Positions 25,901 through 35,065 of a DNA stretch of 64,000 nucleotides are shown piece by piece. The notes below the pieces were generated by a model. That model did no database searches. It saw nothing but the letters and a program-made list of their open reading frames with translations, and was not told where the DNA came from. Location: IMG/VR virus record IMGVR_UViG_3300037882_000231, positions 699 to 64,698 of that record. One strand, 5' to 3'. This stretch comes from a virus. Lineage: Duplodnaviria; Caudoviricetes. Both the position numbers and the translations under genes were made by a program. Numbering within the stretch: the first letter of the stretch is position 1; each line of letters begins with the position of its first letter.

Positions 25901-28900
25901 AGTTAGTCCAGTGATTACAAATGGCTGCCCGAGGGTAAGACCATGAGCAATGTTCGTCTTGATTTCAATCTCGTCGCCTACGTTTGCACCGAGAGCCGTG
26001 ATTGATAGGATATTGCCTGCAACAAATGACGACTGTACACTGTAGTAAGAAGAAATCTCTGCCTGCAACTGACCATGACCGTATACCGACCAATCCTTTC
26101 TGTCAAGTTGCTTGTTGCCAGAAGAAATCTTTACGTTACAGCCATTTTTGTAAGTGTAACTCAGTGGGCTGACAGCCCTTGACTGAACTAGTCCTGTTCC
26201 AATTGCAACGAGGCTGAATGCGGGAATATTCTCATCCCATAGGTCGGTTACCCTTACTGAGTCGCCAACAGAAATACCATGCCTAGACGGAAGCACAAAC
26301 GTTTCTGTCCTAGCCACTGGATCAAACGAACGTGAATCAATCGGCAGCCTCTCAGAGATTCTTGTCCTGAGTGTGGCTCCACCGGCAGTTACCCTTCCGG
26401 TTGTCCTATCAAACTCAAAGGTCTTTGTAGAAACAACCCCGCCATTGATTGCTGAGTTTTTATATCCATGAATTCCGTCTACGTCAATGGTGATGGCTGG
26501 GGTATCCTGAGAGTTTACAACCTCTACGACATCGATTCCAGTTTCATCCATGATGACGCGGTTACCAGTCGCAGGACCAATTTCAAAGTTGTTACGAATG
26601 GTTACGTCATTGAATTCTGCACTACCCGCATCTCCTGCGACCTTAAATCCAGAGGTGTTGGCACTGTAGTTCTGCGACTGGATAAGACCACCAGTACCAA
26701 TAATCAGGTCGGTGATAATGCTCGTACCGGACATGAAAACATCTGCGTTGATCGTCTGTGCCGAGATTGATCCACCATCAATCTTCGAAAGCGTTCCAAC
26801 GTTGAATGCAGACGGCGTTGCGCTAGCACCCAACTTCTGCTCGACCATAACTCCATCTAGGCCCCAGGTTGTTGCCGTTGCCGATGCTGCGGTAAATGAT
26901 AGGTTGGCTCTGTTTGCACTTCCGCCCGTTGTGAACGTAACCTGATACCTTGTCGCTGTCGAGGTTAGGATTGACTGTGCGGTGGCGACAATTGTTCCAC
27001 CCACATCCTGATTAATAAGGACGTTCAGGGTCTTAGCGGAACCTGATGTCTGCCTCGCGTAGAATGAAAGGATATATTCCGTGTTAGGACTCAGTGGAAT
27101 GTTGTATGTCGTACCGTTGCGTGCTAGTTGCACACCAGAGTTAGCGGCGGTCGTTACGAACTGCAATCCATACCCGCCGATTGCCTTCGCAGCAACGTCA
27201 ATAGACCTCGTGGCAGTACCAATAACTGTAACGTGGAACGACCTAGTTGGATCGGTGTACCCTGCTGTTTCGTATTCAAAGTCTGCGTATGCCGGTGGCA
27301 TAAGGTTGGTACCAGTTCCACCGATTAGGAGAGTAGCGGCAGAGATCGTACCGTTCTTAATGTCAAGGGCGTTGTTAGACAACTCCCATCCACTGGTCGG
27401 GTAACTAGATGACCTCAGCCTAGCAGTTGACGAGAACGTAACGTCTACCGTTTCCTGAGCCGTACCAGGGGTTGTAATTGTATCAGCCGGACTCTCAGAG
27501 TAGGTAGATACGTTGTTGTAGAAGTCAACCGATGCGACCTGGACGTAATATGTCCTACCTAGTCGAAGCCCATCGATTGTTGCAAACAGTTCAGTTCCGC
27601 TCGTACCCATAAACGACCACCTGGCACCAGTGTAGGTGGGCTGGCTTCCACCATTTAGGTCATCTGTGTATCGAATCTTGTAGTTACGAACCCTTGATGC
27701 ATCAGTCGGCACAAGCCACGATACGTTGATTGAGGCCGTACCATTCGTACCCGCCACTGGAGTTACGTTTGTTAGGGTGACCGCACCAGGAATTGCAGAG
27801 TTGGTATTCGTGTCAAACTGAGCCAACTGTGTAGTCGTACTTTCGGCTGTTGGTGGTGTCCCGCTCGACTGTGTTCCCAATAGGTCAACTGGTGCAACAC
27901 GGGTCCTGTAGGCTGTTGTTCCAGTTGTCGCCCACTCCGCTTGGAGAAGAGAGGTCCTAAATACCCTGGTTGTTGGGGGATTGCTTGTATCCGAGTAAAC
28001 GTTATACTGCTCTGCACCCGTAACGGCACCCCATACAGCCCTCATTTGACCAACGTATGCTGTTACTGTCAAGTTTGGTGTTCCACCACCAACGGGCCAT
28101 GCTAGGTCGTAGATGTGGTTTACCGCAGATGCGCCATTTGTTAGACCGGTAGCAGACTTTACAACAGGCGATGTATCTGTGTAGGCCTTAATGGAAACGC
28201 CGGTATTGGCTGGAAGGCTAGTTGTGTAGGCATTTGTCGTTAGACCAGAAGCCCTGTTCAACTCGTGTGTCCAAACAAATGAATTGGTTGGAGTTGTGTA
28301 AGTATGTGTTCCATTAGCGCCCGTTAGAGTAACCTCATACCCAGCGATGTCGGTCGTTAGACCACCAGCAGTAGATGGTGCCACCCATGTTAGTGTCAGG
28401 TTGTTAACGTTAGTCCATGTGTATTCAAAGGTTGATGGAGTTCCAGGCGTGTAGGCTGCGAGCGTGCTGTTGAACTCTGTGCTTGCTGTGGACTGGTTTC
28501 CAGAAGAGTCAACGGGAATTACCTTGTAGCGAACAGTCGAGCCACGAGTTAGTCCAGCAATCGTTGCAGTTCCAAGCCCACCGGTTCCAGCAGTTACCCC
28601 AGCAGCGCCACCAGGGACAGTTAGTGAGTTTGTGTACACACCAGCAGAGCCGGTACCCCACCTGATAACGTACTCGCTAATTGTTTCCGCTGGGGTGTAC
28701 GAAGCCCATGAAATGGTTACATCATACTTGCCCTGAATCTTTGGAGTTACTGTTGTGGAATCAAGTGCCGTCACGCCAGCAGGAGGCGTCGCGTCTCCAG
28801 CAATTGTCTGAGTAAGGAACGAGCCTTCTAGCGGCAAGGCCGATTGTGTTCCCACTGTGTCAACGGAGTAAATTCTAGTGTAGTAAGTTGTGTTTGGAGT

Positions 28901-31900
28901 AAAACCACTCAGCGTAAAGTTAGGAACCCTCGTTGAGAAGTTCGGCCTCGCTGCAAACGGAACAGTCCTGCCAGCATTGGTCCATAGAGTAACGTTGTAC
29001 GAACCAGCACCATTCTTTACGTCATCATTGTTTGGCTCAGTCCATGAGTAGGTTACAGAAGTCGATCCTGCTGTGGCGATAGGGGAAGTTGGAGCGTCTG
29101 GAGCAGCATTGACAATAGCCGCAAGGTTGTTGGCAATAGATGAGGCACTCAACTTGTTGTTAACGTCTCTAGCATGGACAACAACAGCGCCCTGGGCATA
29201 TGAAGTGCTTACCGCCCCGAAAGCCTGGAATTGCTCAGTCTGATCAAGTACGAGTCTGCCCCTGACATCCGTTGAAACACCAGGAATCTGCGGCACATCC
29301 CATGAATACGTCTTAGAGTTCGCAGTAATGGTTACCCTGTAGCCATTGAAAAGTTCGGGTGTGTACGTCTGTGTATCTAGCCAGGTCAGGACCAGGTTTG
29401 GCGAGTTGTAGACGCCCTGGACCTTACCGGTTCCAGTTACTACGGAGTTGGCTGGACTCTGAATTCCGCTGACAAGCAACTTGCCTGTCGCAAATTGTTG
29501 CAGTACAGTAGACGATCCAGAGTCATCAAATCCATCATCTGCATAAACTGAAACATACCAATTAGTCGGTGAGGCACTGGTTTCTGTTACGAATGTCGTT
29601 GAGGTTCCAGGCCCACGGTACACGAGGTCTGTTGTTCCAGTACCAGCAGAGTAGGAGCCAGACTTGGCATAAACCCTGTACTCGACAATATCTGCACCGG
29701 ACGTAGGAGCCCTCCACTGGGCCGTCATAGAACCAATTGCTGCGGTTAGGGTCAGGTTCGTCGCCGGAGCCGGTGCCCCCTTGTTAGCAGCAACCGTTGG
29801 GGTAAGAGTTCCTGAAACCTGTGTTGGATCAAGTACATGAACAGAACGCAAAACAATGTCCGATGTTCCAAGCTGAGAATCGGCTACGCCCAACTTTTGC
29901 TTGTAGTCCTCGTACTTGATTAGGATGGACTTTGCTGTGGTCTCCCATATACCAGTTCCTCCGGTGCTAGTAATTGATAGACGGTACTTACCGAACGTGT
30001 TTGCAGCATAGGAAGTGTTGTCGGTCCATGAAACGCTAAGGTCGTTACCTACCCAGGTTGCTGTTATAGAGCCCGTTGGTGTAGCAATTGTTGGCCTTAC
30101 TGGAGTTGCATCACTTGTTTCAGCGCTTCCGTTATTAGCGTTTCCACCCTTATCTACCGCGCGGATCAAGATTTTGTAAGTAGTGTTTGGAAGTAGGTTA
30201 GGAATCGTGTAGTTCTTGTTTACTGTAACGAGTGAGTGTGTGTACGTTGCCGCAACCGTACCCCACTGGACGACGTAGTGAGAGAAGTCTGTTGCATGAA
30301 CTGCCTGGTCGTATGTGATTACACCAGAAATGCTGCTGACGCCAGCATAGTCAGTTGCCGGAACCATAGTCCACGTTGGCGCGCTTGTTGGAATAGTTGA
30401 GTCTCCAGAGTTTGATAGCGCCTGGTAAGAAGCGGATTCTATTGATACAACAGCAGTTCTACCAAAGATGTCTCTAGCGCGTACCGCCGCTGTGTAACTA
30501 GCCCCACCGGTCAGTCCTGGCTTAGCGAATGTAAGCGTTTTTAGGTTAGCGCCATCAATGGTTGAGAACGTAGTCGGATCACCAGCAGCAGGCTCGATAT
30601 CGATATCGTAGTAGTCAACAATATCTGCTGTTGGCGGCACTGTTGTGGCTGGCTGCGACCACGCCCAGGAGATTCCCTCAAGGAACGGCGTCCCAGTGGG
30701 TGCCGCGATAGTGCCTAGTGTTGGGTACGAGGCTGCTGCTGATGCACCCGCTGTTGTGACTCCAGCCAAGTCCTCAGTTGTAACTAGGAACGCCGGGTTT
30801 GATACGCCACCAAAAACAGCCCTGTTCTCATCGAACGTCAGCGTAAACTTGTTTACTGTCTTGTCGTAGACGTAATATGTTCTACTAATGCCAGAGAACG
30901 TAATAACAACCTTGTATCTGTAAAAGTCTGCTGCCGTTTCTGCTGTCCAGGTTGCTGTAATACCACCAGCAACGTAGCCACCAGTAAAGTTTGGCGTTCC
31001 TGGGTTAGTTGGTGCGGCATTTGTGTAGGCTCCAGTGCTGGCGATGGCACCAGCGGGAGCAGCACCCTGAGTGGAGAACGTTCCGTAAATTGATACGGCG
31101 TAAACCCTTACAGCACCCGAGGCGAATGACGTAACGCCAGTTCCACCAAACACAGCCTTATTCTCAGCACGAGTTAGAGTGAAGGCTTTTTGTGTCGTTC
31201 TCCAAGACTTATAGGTAATCCATGCATCGTTGGTAATTCTTACCTCGTAGCCCCAGAAGTGAGGAGAGTATGTCTGAGTATCTGTCCATGAAATGTTTAG
31301 GTCTGGGGTAGTGAACGATCCACTAACCGAGCCAACTGGCGTTTCAATGGTCGGTACCGCCGCCGTTGTTGCCAAGACGGAATCCGTCCACGTTCCCCTA
31401 TTTCCAGATGTATCTAGTGGAGCAACCTGAACCCTATACGGTGTACCAGGAACAAGGCCTCGTAGGTAGTAGGTTTCAGTTCCACCGGCAGTTGCATTTA
31501 CCTTTGCAAATTCAGCACTTGACCAGTTCATGTCAGAAAGTGCTGTGGTCCACCTAATCTCGTACTTATCAAGGTCTGCGGCAACTGGAACTGTCCACTG
31601 CAATTGAAGTGTTGCCACACCGCTCGTTGTGGTTCCAGGCGTATTGTCTGCAACCAGACCAGCGATCTGCGCTGGTGCAATTCCATCTGCTGCGACAACC
31701 GTAATAGCAGTTTCACCATCAGTTCCCTTTGCTCCAACAGTTCCAAATACGTTATATGGAAAAACATCACATAGCCAAGCGGCAGTGCTGCCGTTAGTTA
31801 GCCATGAAACCTCTCGTGTAGCATCTGTTACGCTTGCGATCAGCGTTGATGCTGCTGGCGTTCCGGCGTACACATCATATCGGTATGCCCCAGAGGTTGT

Positions 31901-33640
31901 GGTAAAGACAACCTTCATAACATCGATACCTGGGTAGACTACAGGAGTTGCCTGCGCTGCCTGTATTGGTGAGGTGTAGACCGCAGAGGTCTGTGTTCTA
32001 CCGAAAAGGTCTGTGACAATTGTTGCTACCTGGAAGCGGTGGGTATTCGTTCCAACAGTGAGCGCAATTGGTGGTGCTGGAATCTGCTGTGGAGACACGG
32101 TTTGAACAATGTTTGCACTAGTTGGGGCTGTCGCTCCGTTAAGTGATGAAAGTGCAATGACCTCGTACTTGACGACATTCTTTGATGTCGATGCTGTCCA
32201 AGTGAACGACACCTTGCCATCGATAATCGAATGGATAGAGGGAGCCCCACCAGCAGCAAGGGCTGGTAGAGCGCCTAGAGAGGTCGGGCTCTTTCCAGTT
32301 GTGTCCCTCATTCCAAAAGCATTTACAGCCCAAACCTTAATGTTTCCGTAAAGGAGTCCCGTATTCTGCCCCCAAATTGAGACCCACTGAGACGGAGATA
32401 TCACTACGCGCTTGTCGAGTGACGCCCTAAATGTCTTGACAATTGTGTTGTATGTGATCTCAACATCGTAATGTGAGAAGTAGGCTTCGCTACCAACAGT
32501 TCTAGAGTCTCCAAAGGTGATAACAAGGTCTGATGTTGACCAGTCTGCCGTTACCGTACCAGAAATTACTGCCGGGGCAGCCGTTGCGAGCGTTGTCGTT
32601 GTGGCAGCCCTCCATGCACTTAGTAGTCCAGCAGCATTAACGGCTGCGACCTCTACTGTGTAAGAAACGTTTGCTGTCAGGCTCTTGAATACATGAGTTA
32701 GTGTCGATGTACTAGCAAAGAAGGATGACCATGCTGTGTCAGAAGCAGACTTGATTCTCACATAGTAACCAAGAATTGTCCCATCGGAATCTACCGCTGA
32801 GGGCCAGTTCGCCACGAATGAAGCCATGCCGTCCTGGGTAATGTTCTGGTTGGTGATGGTAACCGAATCGGCTAGTGTAGGCGGTGTAGAATCAGGAGTT
32901 CCACCAGTCTGATCCGTACCAGACATGAGGGTTGTTGAAACATGTGCTCCTGGCCTTCCGAATACATCAACGGCACGAATGTGCGCGTCGTACTGCGTAC
33001 CAGGCGAATCAATGTATAGATAGTTGAACCCGTAGACCCTCGCCTCAACGTCTGCGCCATTAACGAAAGGAGTGTTTAATCCATCTGCATCAACGTCAAC
33101 CTCGTAGTAATCAACGGTCTTTGTCTCGTTACCAGCACCGGTTGCTGGCTCTGTCCACTTCCAGTTAATTCCATTTACTACGGCGACATGAGCGCCCGCG
33201 CCAGGAGCCGCAAGGACTGGGTAGGCTGCGGTTGCGTCCATTGACGTAGAAGATAATTGACCTGACTTGTCACGAGCCCAAACCTTAAATGTTGGGTCTG
33301 GGATTGGGGTAACACTTAGGGAGTCGTTTAGGGCAAGTGTGAATTCAAACTTCTTGGCGTCGGCAACGCCATACCTGCCGAGAACAACGGCATTGTCCCA
33401 GACCTCCACGATGTACCCATCAAAGTCTGGCAATAGCGGTTCAACCCCATGGTCCCACGATAGTGTGATGTTACCAGTTGTGTAAGTAAGAACAGGGTTG
33501 ATTGGCTTTGGGTGTGGCTGGTTCACACCAGTGGTAAATGTATAGGTCTGAGAGGCCGCTGTAGCCCCACCAGGACCGTTAGCAATAAACTGTACGGCGT
33601 ACTGCGTACCTGGCTTTAGATTTCCTAGGGGGGTGATCAC
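22937..33640 (-). CDS. giant minor tail protein / adhesin with FN3-Ig repeats, CBM-like domain and HGLxxG repeats (3567 aa)
   Basis: many FN3 signatures (W..P....Y......L.P.T.Y.V.V.A.D..GN.S); CBM4/9-like LSPNTEYILSFYAR; located after the baseplate genes. Confidence 0.85.
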   Translation of the reverse strand: MITPLGNLKPGTQYAVQFIANGPGGATAASQTYTFTTGVNQPHPKPINPVLTYTTGNITLSWDHGVEPLLPDFDGYIVEVWDNAVVLGRYGVADAKKFEFTLALNDSLSVTPIPDPTFKVWARDKSGQLSSTSMDATAAYPVLAAPGAGAHVAVVNGINWKWTEPATGAGNETKTVDYYEVDVDADGLNTPFVNGADVEARVYGFNYLYIDSPGTQYDAHIRAVDVFGRPGAHVSTTLMSGTDQTGGTPDSTPPTLADSVTITNQNITQDGMASFVANWPSAVDSDGTILGYYVRIKSASDTAWSSFFASTSTLTHVFKSLTANVSYTVEVAAVNAAGLLSAWRAATTTTLATAAPAVISGTVTADWSTSDLVITFGDSRTVGSEAYFSHYDVEITYNTIVKTFRASLDKRVVISPSQWVSIWGQNTGLLYGNIKVWAVNAFGMRDTTGKSPTSLGALPALAAGGAPSIHSIIDGKVSFTWTASTSKNVVKYEVIALSSLNGATAPTSANIVQTVSPQQIPAPPIALTVGTNTHRFQVATIVTDLFGRTQTSAVYTSPIQAAQATPVVYPGIDVMKVVFTTTSGAYRYDVYAGTPAASTLIASVTDATREVSWLTNGSTAAWLCDVFPYNVFGTVGAKGTDGETAITVVAADGIAPAQIAGLVADNTPGTTTSGVATLQLQWTVPVAADLDKYEIRWTTALSDMNWSSAEFAKVNATAGGTETYYLRGLVPGTPYRVQVAPLDTSGNRGTWTDSVLATTAAVPTIETPVGSVSGSFTTPDLNISWTDTQTYSPHFWGYEVRITNDAWITYKSWRTTQKAFTLTRAENKAVFGGTGVTSFASGAVRVYAVSIYGTFSTQGAAPAGAIASTGAYTNAAPTNPGTPNFTGGYVAGGITATWTAETAADFYRYKVVITFSGISRTYYVYDKTVNKFTLTFDENRAVFGGVSNPAFLVTTEDLAGVTTAGASAAASYPTLGTIAAPTGTPFLEGISWAWSQPATTVPPTADIVDYYDIDIEPAAGDPTTFSTIDGANLKTLTFAKPGLTGGASYTAAVRARDIFGRTAVVSIESASYQALSNSGDSTIPTSAPTWTMVPATDYAGVSSISGVITYDQAVHATDFSHYVVQWGTVAATYTHSLVTVNKNYTIPNLLPNTTYKILIRAVDKGGNANNGSAETSDATPVRPTIATPTGSITATWVGNDLSVSWTDNTSYAANTFGKYRLSITSTGGTGIWETTAKSILIKYEDYKQKLGVADSQLGTSDIVLRSVHVLDPTQVSGTLTPTVAANKGAPAPATNLTLTAAIGSMTAQWRAPTSGADIVEYRVYAKSGSYSAGTGTTDLVYRGPGTSTTFVTETSASPTNWYVSVYADDGFDDSGSSTVLQQFATGKLLVSGIQSPANSVVTGTGKVQGVYNSPNLVLTWLDTQTYTPELFNGYRVTITANSKTYSWDVPQIPGVSTDVRGRLVLDQTEQFQAFGAVSTSYAQGAVVVHARDVNNKLSASSIANNLAAIVNAAPDAPTSPIATAGSTSVTYSWTEPNNDDVKNGAGSYNVTLWTNAGRTVPFAARPNFSTRVPNFTLSGFTPNTTYYTRIYSVDTVGTQSALPLEGSFLTQTIAGDATPPAGVTALDSTTVTPKIQGKYDVTISWASYTPAETISEYVIRWGTGSAGVYTNSLTVPGGAAGVTAGTGGLGTATIAGLTRGSTVRYKVIPVDSSGNQSTASTEFNSTLAAYTPGTPSTFEYTWTNVNNLTLTWVAPSTAGGLTTDIAGYEVTLTGANGTHTYTTPTNSFVWTHELNRASGLTTNAYTTSLPANTGVSIKAYTDTSPVVKSATGLTNGASAVNHIYDLAWPVGGGTPNLTVTAYVGQMRAVWGAVTGAEQYNVYSDTSNPPTTRVFRTSLLQAEWATTGTTAYRTRVAPVDLLGTQSSGTPPTAESTTTQLAQFDTNTNSAIPGAVTLTNVTPVAGTNGTASINVSWLVPTDASRVRNYKIRYTDDLNGGSQPTYTGARWSFMGTSGTELFATIDGLRLGRTYYVQVASVDFYNNVSTYSESPADTITTPGTAQETVDVTFSSTARLRSSSYPTSGWELSNNALDIKNGTISAATLLIGGTGTNLMPPAYADFEYETAGYTDPTRSFHVTVIGTATRSIDVAAKAIGGYGLQFVTTAANSGVQLARNGTTYNIPLSPNTEYILSFYARQTSGSAKTLNVLINQDVGGTIVATAQSILTSTATRYQVTFTTGGSANRANLSFTAASATATTWGLDGVMVEQKLGASATPSAFNVGTLSKIDGGSISAQTINADVFMSGTSIITDLIIGTGGLIQSQNYSANTSGFKVAGDAGSAEFNDVTIRNNFEIGPATGNRVIMDETGIDVVEVVNSQDTPAITIDVDGIHGYKNSAINGGVVSTKTFEFDRTTGRVTAGGATLRTRISERLPIDSRSFDPVARTETFVLPSRHGISVGDSVRVTDLWDENIPAFSLVAIGTGLVQSRAVSPLSYTYKNGCNVKISSGNKQLDRKDWSVYGHGQLQAEISSYYSVQSSFVAGNILSITALGANVGDEIEIKTNIAHGLTLGQPFVITGLTAAAITPYSVTNFSNPFHKVTTVVSSKTFRCKRVGTGNMPTGATSGVLKYNHWRFAFGDPHPFVPGDGSTNIENGLVSSLKYRNSVFGGAGPDTFQSVTEAGVPGTLGMSYENDSAVRSSISPTTSITAQSTRYASSGFVYIPDTGYNPRFLSFLSDVESLYTIRPTVPTTVSAKASFSNGTFRVVNVTDTTVTVKNNNVPVAFPVTSISDLSSGRRTVTVTGWSGVMAECMPGQTITITGTSGLNETAVVYSTTLNTVVYTSAIGAGVTGGAQGSFYTSPASTAAADISSARIELVTPGVVIEESAGSAYIAIPSGSEDTSESPATISGVKTQRRKRSTISAASRTAGTSPVLFTTVEKHGLAVGDYVEIVAQNISSGAVGTVTLEPVPVTAIDSLNNTFTCTPNTQTTAVNFSTASTPDVSNTVERVIPIHRVRTASISGNNYRRIGNYFLNVTTTDATDSIDTGTEPVTQAFYTPIPHGLKNGERVEIKTKSGTFNYSFPRLRVKSDREFWVLGGEGHALASDSRPRRWALPEANLPWPTVSGAVNYTLTTPSASVVSISSGTTTRTITMSTDIQTSNDTRVYPGMSLYITGSTVGSFNGRIVVSRVLSGTQFQFDSSHIPSGDSYVSGAVLNRHFMYIDIGTDTAQDEFSVGDMIAIQSNPDTINQYSMIRGIGNSSIDPTSTHASLTARTKEVLYVDSKYSTANGYPEHLSTEKFTLVVVKAEINGWDTTSRNLYVDSKMFDNPGVGVVYIYDQEKPQIEIASPTSILERVPASITMEPGTVRKTSGQSGFAINTNRAGMVTENDAAYGGDIPDASEASIASTSRIILTAGEVVLSGNYGQVVQVNLHSGWTVYDGFGGLNVHQEVDGWWSMSGLLARANLEPPDPVSENQIGVIESKFAWPKQSAICIVPVRLSGFLHFAHLRITTTGLITFMHPSFIPTNTGLTASAANTAASMVRRNSYLTVGGDSGDWVSLNGMRWKTS

Positions 33641-34524
33641 AGGCCAATCACCAACTCGTACTCAACGTCCATCCTTGATCCATACCTCTTTACTACCGGG
33701 GCTCCGTACACCGCCCTTGTCATTGCCCTTCCGGTTGCAGAATCAGACCTTAGAGTAAGGCCATCAACTACAACGTTGGGCGCACCGGCACCGGAGACTG
33801 TGAACTTGGTCTTTTCAATCCTAGACCAATCAAACGAGGTTGCTCCGAATGAGGAAATTGTCTTTGAGACGCTTTGGTAAGCGTCAGTGTTTGCTGCAAA
33901 TGCAAAGGTTCCAGAAAGTGTTGTGCCATAAGCATCTGTCATCAATAGGGTGACTGTGGCCTGGTCTACGTCTACCGCCGCGTTGTATCCAGATATCATG
34001 ATGCTGTCAGTCGAGATTGCACCAGCCAGTGATGTCGGCCTAATCATCTCTACACTACCACCAACCGGAATGCTAGCGGCGGTCTCGGCAAGTCTAACCT
34101 TATTTGATCCAGTTGATGGGTTGCCAGCGAGCCCAGTGATGTCAACTACTGCTCCAGTAATCACTCGGCCTGCCTCCCTTGTGCTTGTTGTCATAATGGT
34201 CTTTCCCCCGCCTACGGCATCAAAAAGACTAATCTCATTAATTACACCGGCAACATCGTCATTAAGGCGGGCCTTGTAAACGATCCTTGCATTAGGGGAA
34301 GAGTAAGAGGGAGTTGCAAAGACAATTGGTGCCTTAGCAATCTCAACCTTGATATAGGACAGTCCTGCGTCTGTGGCCGCGCCGATGCCGATTTCCTTTA
34401 CGAAACCACCCTGGCCTGCAAGCATCAGTGGGATTCGTGACTTACCGTAATCAGTAACTAGGTTATTGGCTTCTGCCACGAGCATATCGTCCTCGTAGAC
34501 TCGACAAACTCCTTTGATTGGCAT
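33637..34524 (-). CDS. minor tail / baseplate-associated protein
   Basis: NLVT..GK..I...LAG, GVINEISLF, K......DVEY motifs; position in tail module. Confidence 0.7.
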   Translation of the reverse strand: MPIKGVCRVYEDDMLVAEANNLVTDYGKSRIPLMLAGQGGFVKEIGIGAATDAGLSYIKVEIAKAPIVFATPSYSSPNARIVYKARLNDDVAGVINEISLFDAVGGGKTIMTTSTREAGRVITGAVVDITGLAGNPSTGSNKVRLAETAASIPVGGSVEMIRPTSLAGAISTDSIMISGYNAAVDVDQATVTLLMTDAYGTTLSGTFAFAANTDAYQSVSKTISSFGATSFDWSRIEKTKFTVSGAGAPNVVVDGLTLRSDSATGRAMTRAVYGAPVVKRYGSRMDVEYELVIGL

Positions 34525-34540
34525 ATCACTAATTATACCA

Positions 34541-35065
34541 CTAAACTTCCGAAATTCTCACGGTAATGCTAGTGTACCCTGATGGGATCGGAATATCCAG
34601 GTCTGCCGTCCAATATGGGTTGCCCGTCTCATCGTATTGCTCACGAATGGCAGCCGTTAGTAATACAAGAAATTCCGCCTGGGACATCGAGGCCACCGCA
34701 GGAAAGTCCGACTCCAACTGGTCCTGTAGGTATGTTGAATATTCAGCCAGGTCCTGGTTGAATGGCACAGGTTCGTATCCAACGATATCACTTCTGCCAT
34801 TAATCCCCAGGTCAAGGATAGTGGAATTTGTATCGACACCAAGAACCGACATTACATCGAAATGCTCCATGAGATCGTCATAGTCAACCGGTCCGTTCAA
34901 CGTGCTAGACTTGTACTGCTCGTATGACTTTGTAGCATCGGCTATAGAGTCATTGACTCTGGCCTTGCGCTCCTGGGCCACCTTCATATCATCGTATCGA
35001 CTCATAATCCTTGTCTTACGAGCCAATATCGAGTAGCCTAAAAACGAAGTTGGGATACTAGACAT
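34541..35065 (-). CDS. hypothetical tail-module protein (alternative start ATG 35005)
   Basis: ORF between minor tail genes. Confidence 0.7.
   Translation of the reverse strand: MSSIPTSFLGYSILARKTRIMSRYDDMKVAQERKARVNDSIADATKSYEQYKSSTLNGPVDYDDLMEHFDVMSVLGVDTNSTILDLGINGRSDIVGYEPVPFNQDLAEYSTYLQDQLESDFPAVASMSQAEFLVLLTAAIREQYDETGNPYWTADLDIPIPSGYTSITVRISEV

Noticed and set aside
22937-33640. Diversity-generating retroelement or invertible cassette acting on the tail adhesin
   Set aside because: No reverse transcriptase or recombinase in the window, and no near-identical nucleotide repeat pair noticed by eye (a self-dotplot would be decisive)
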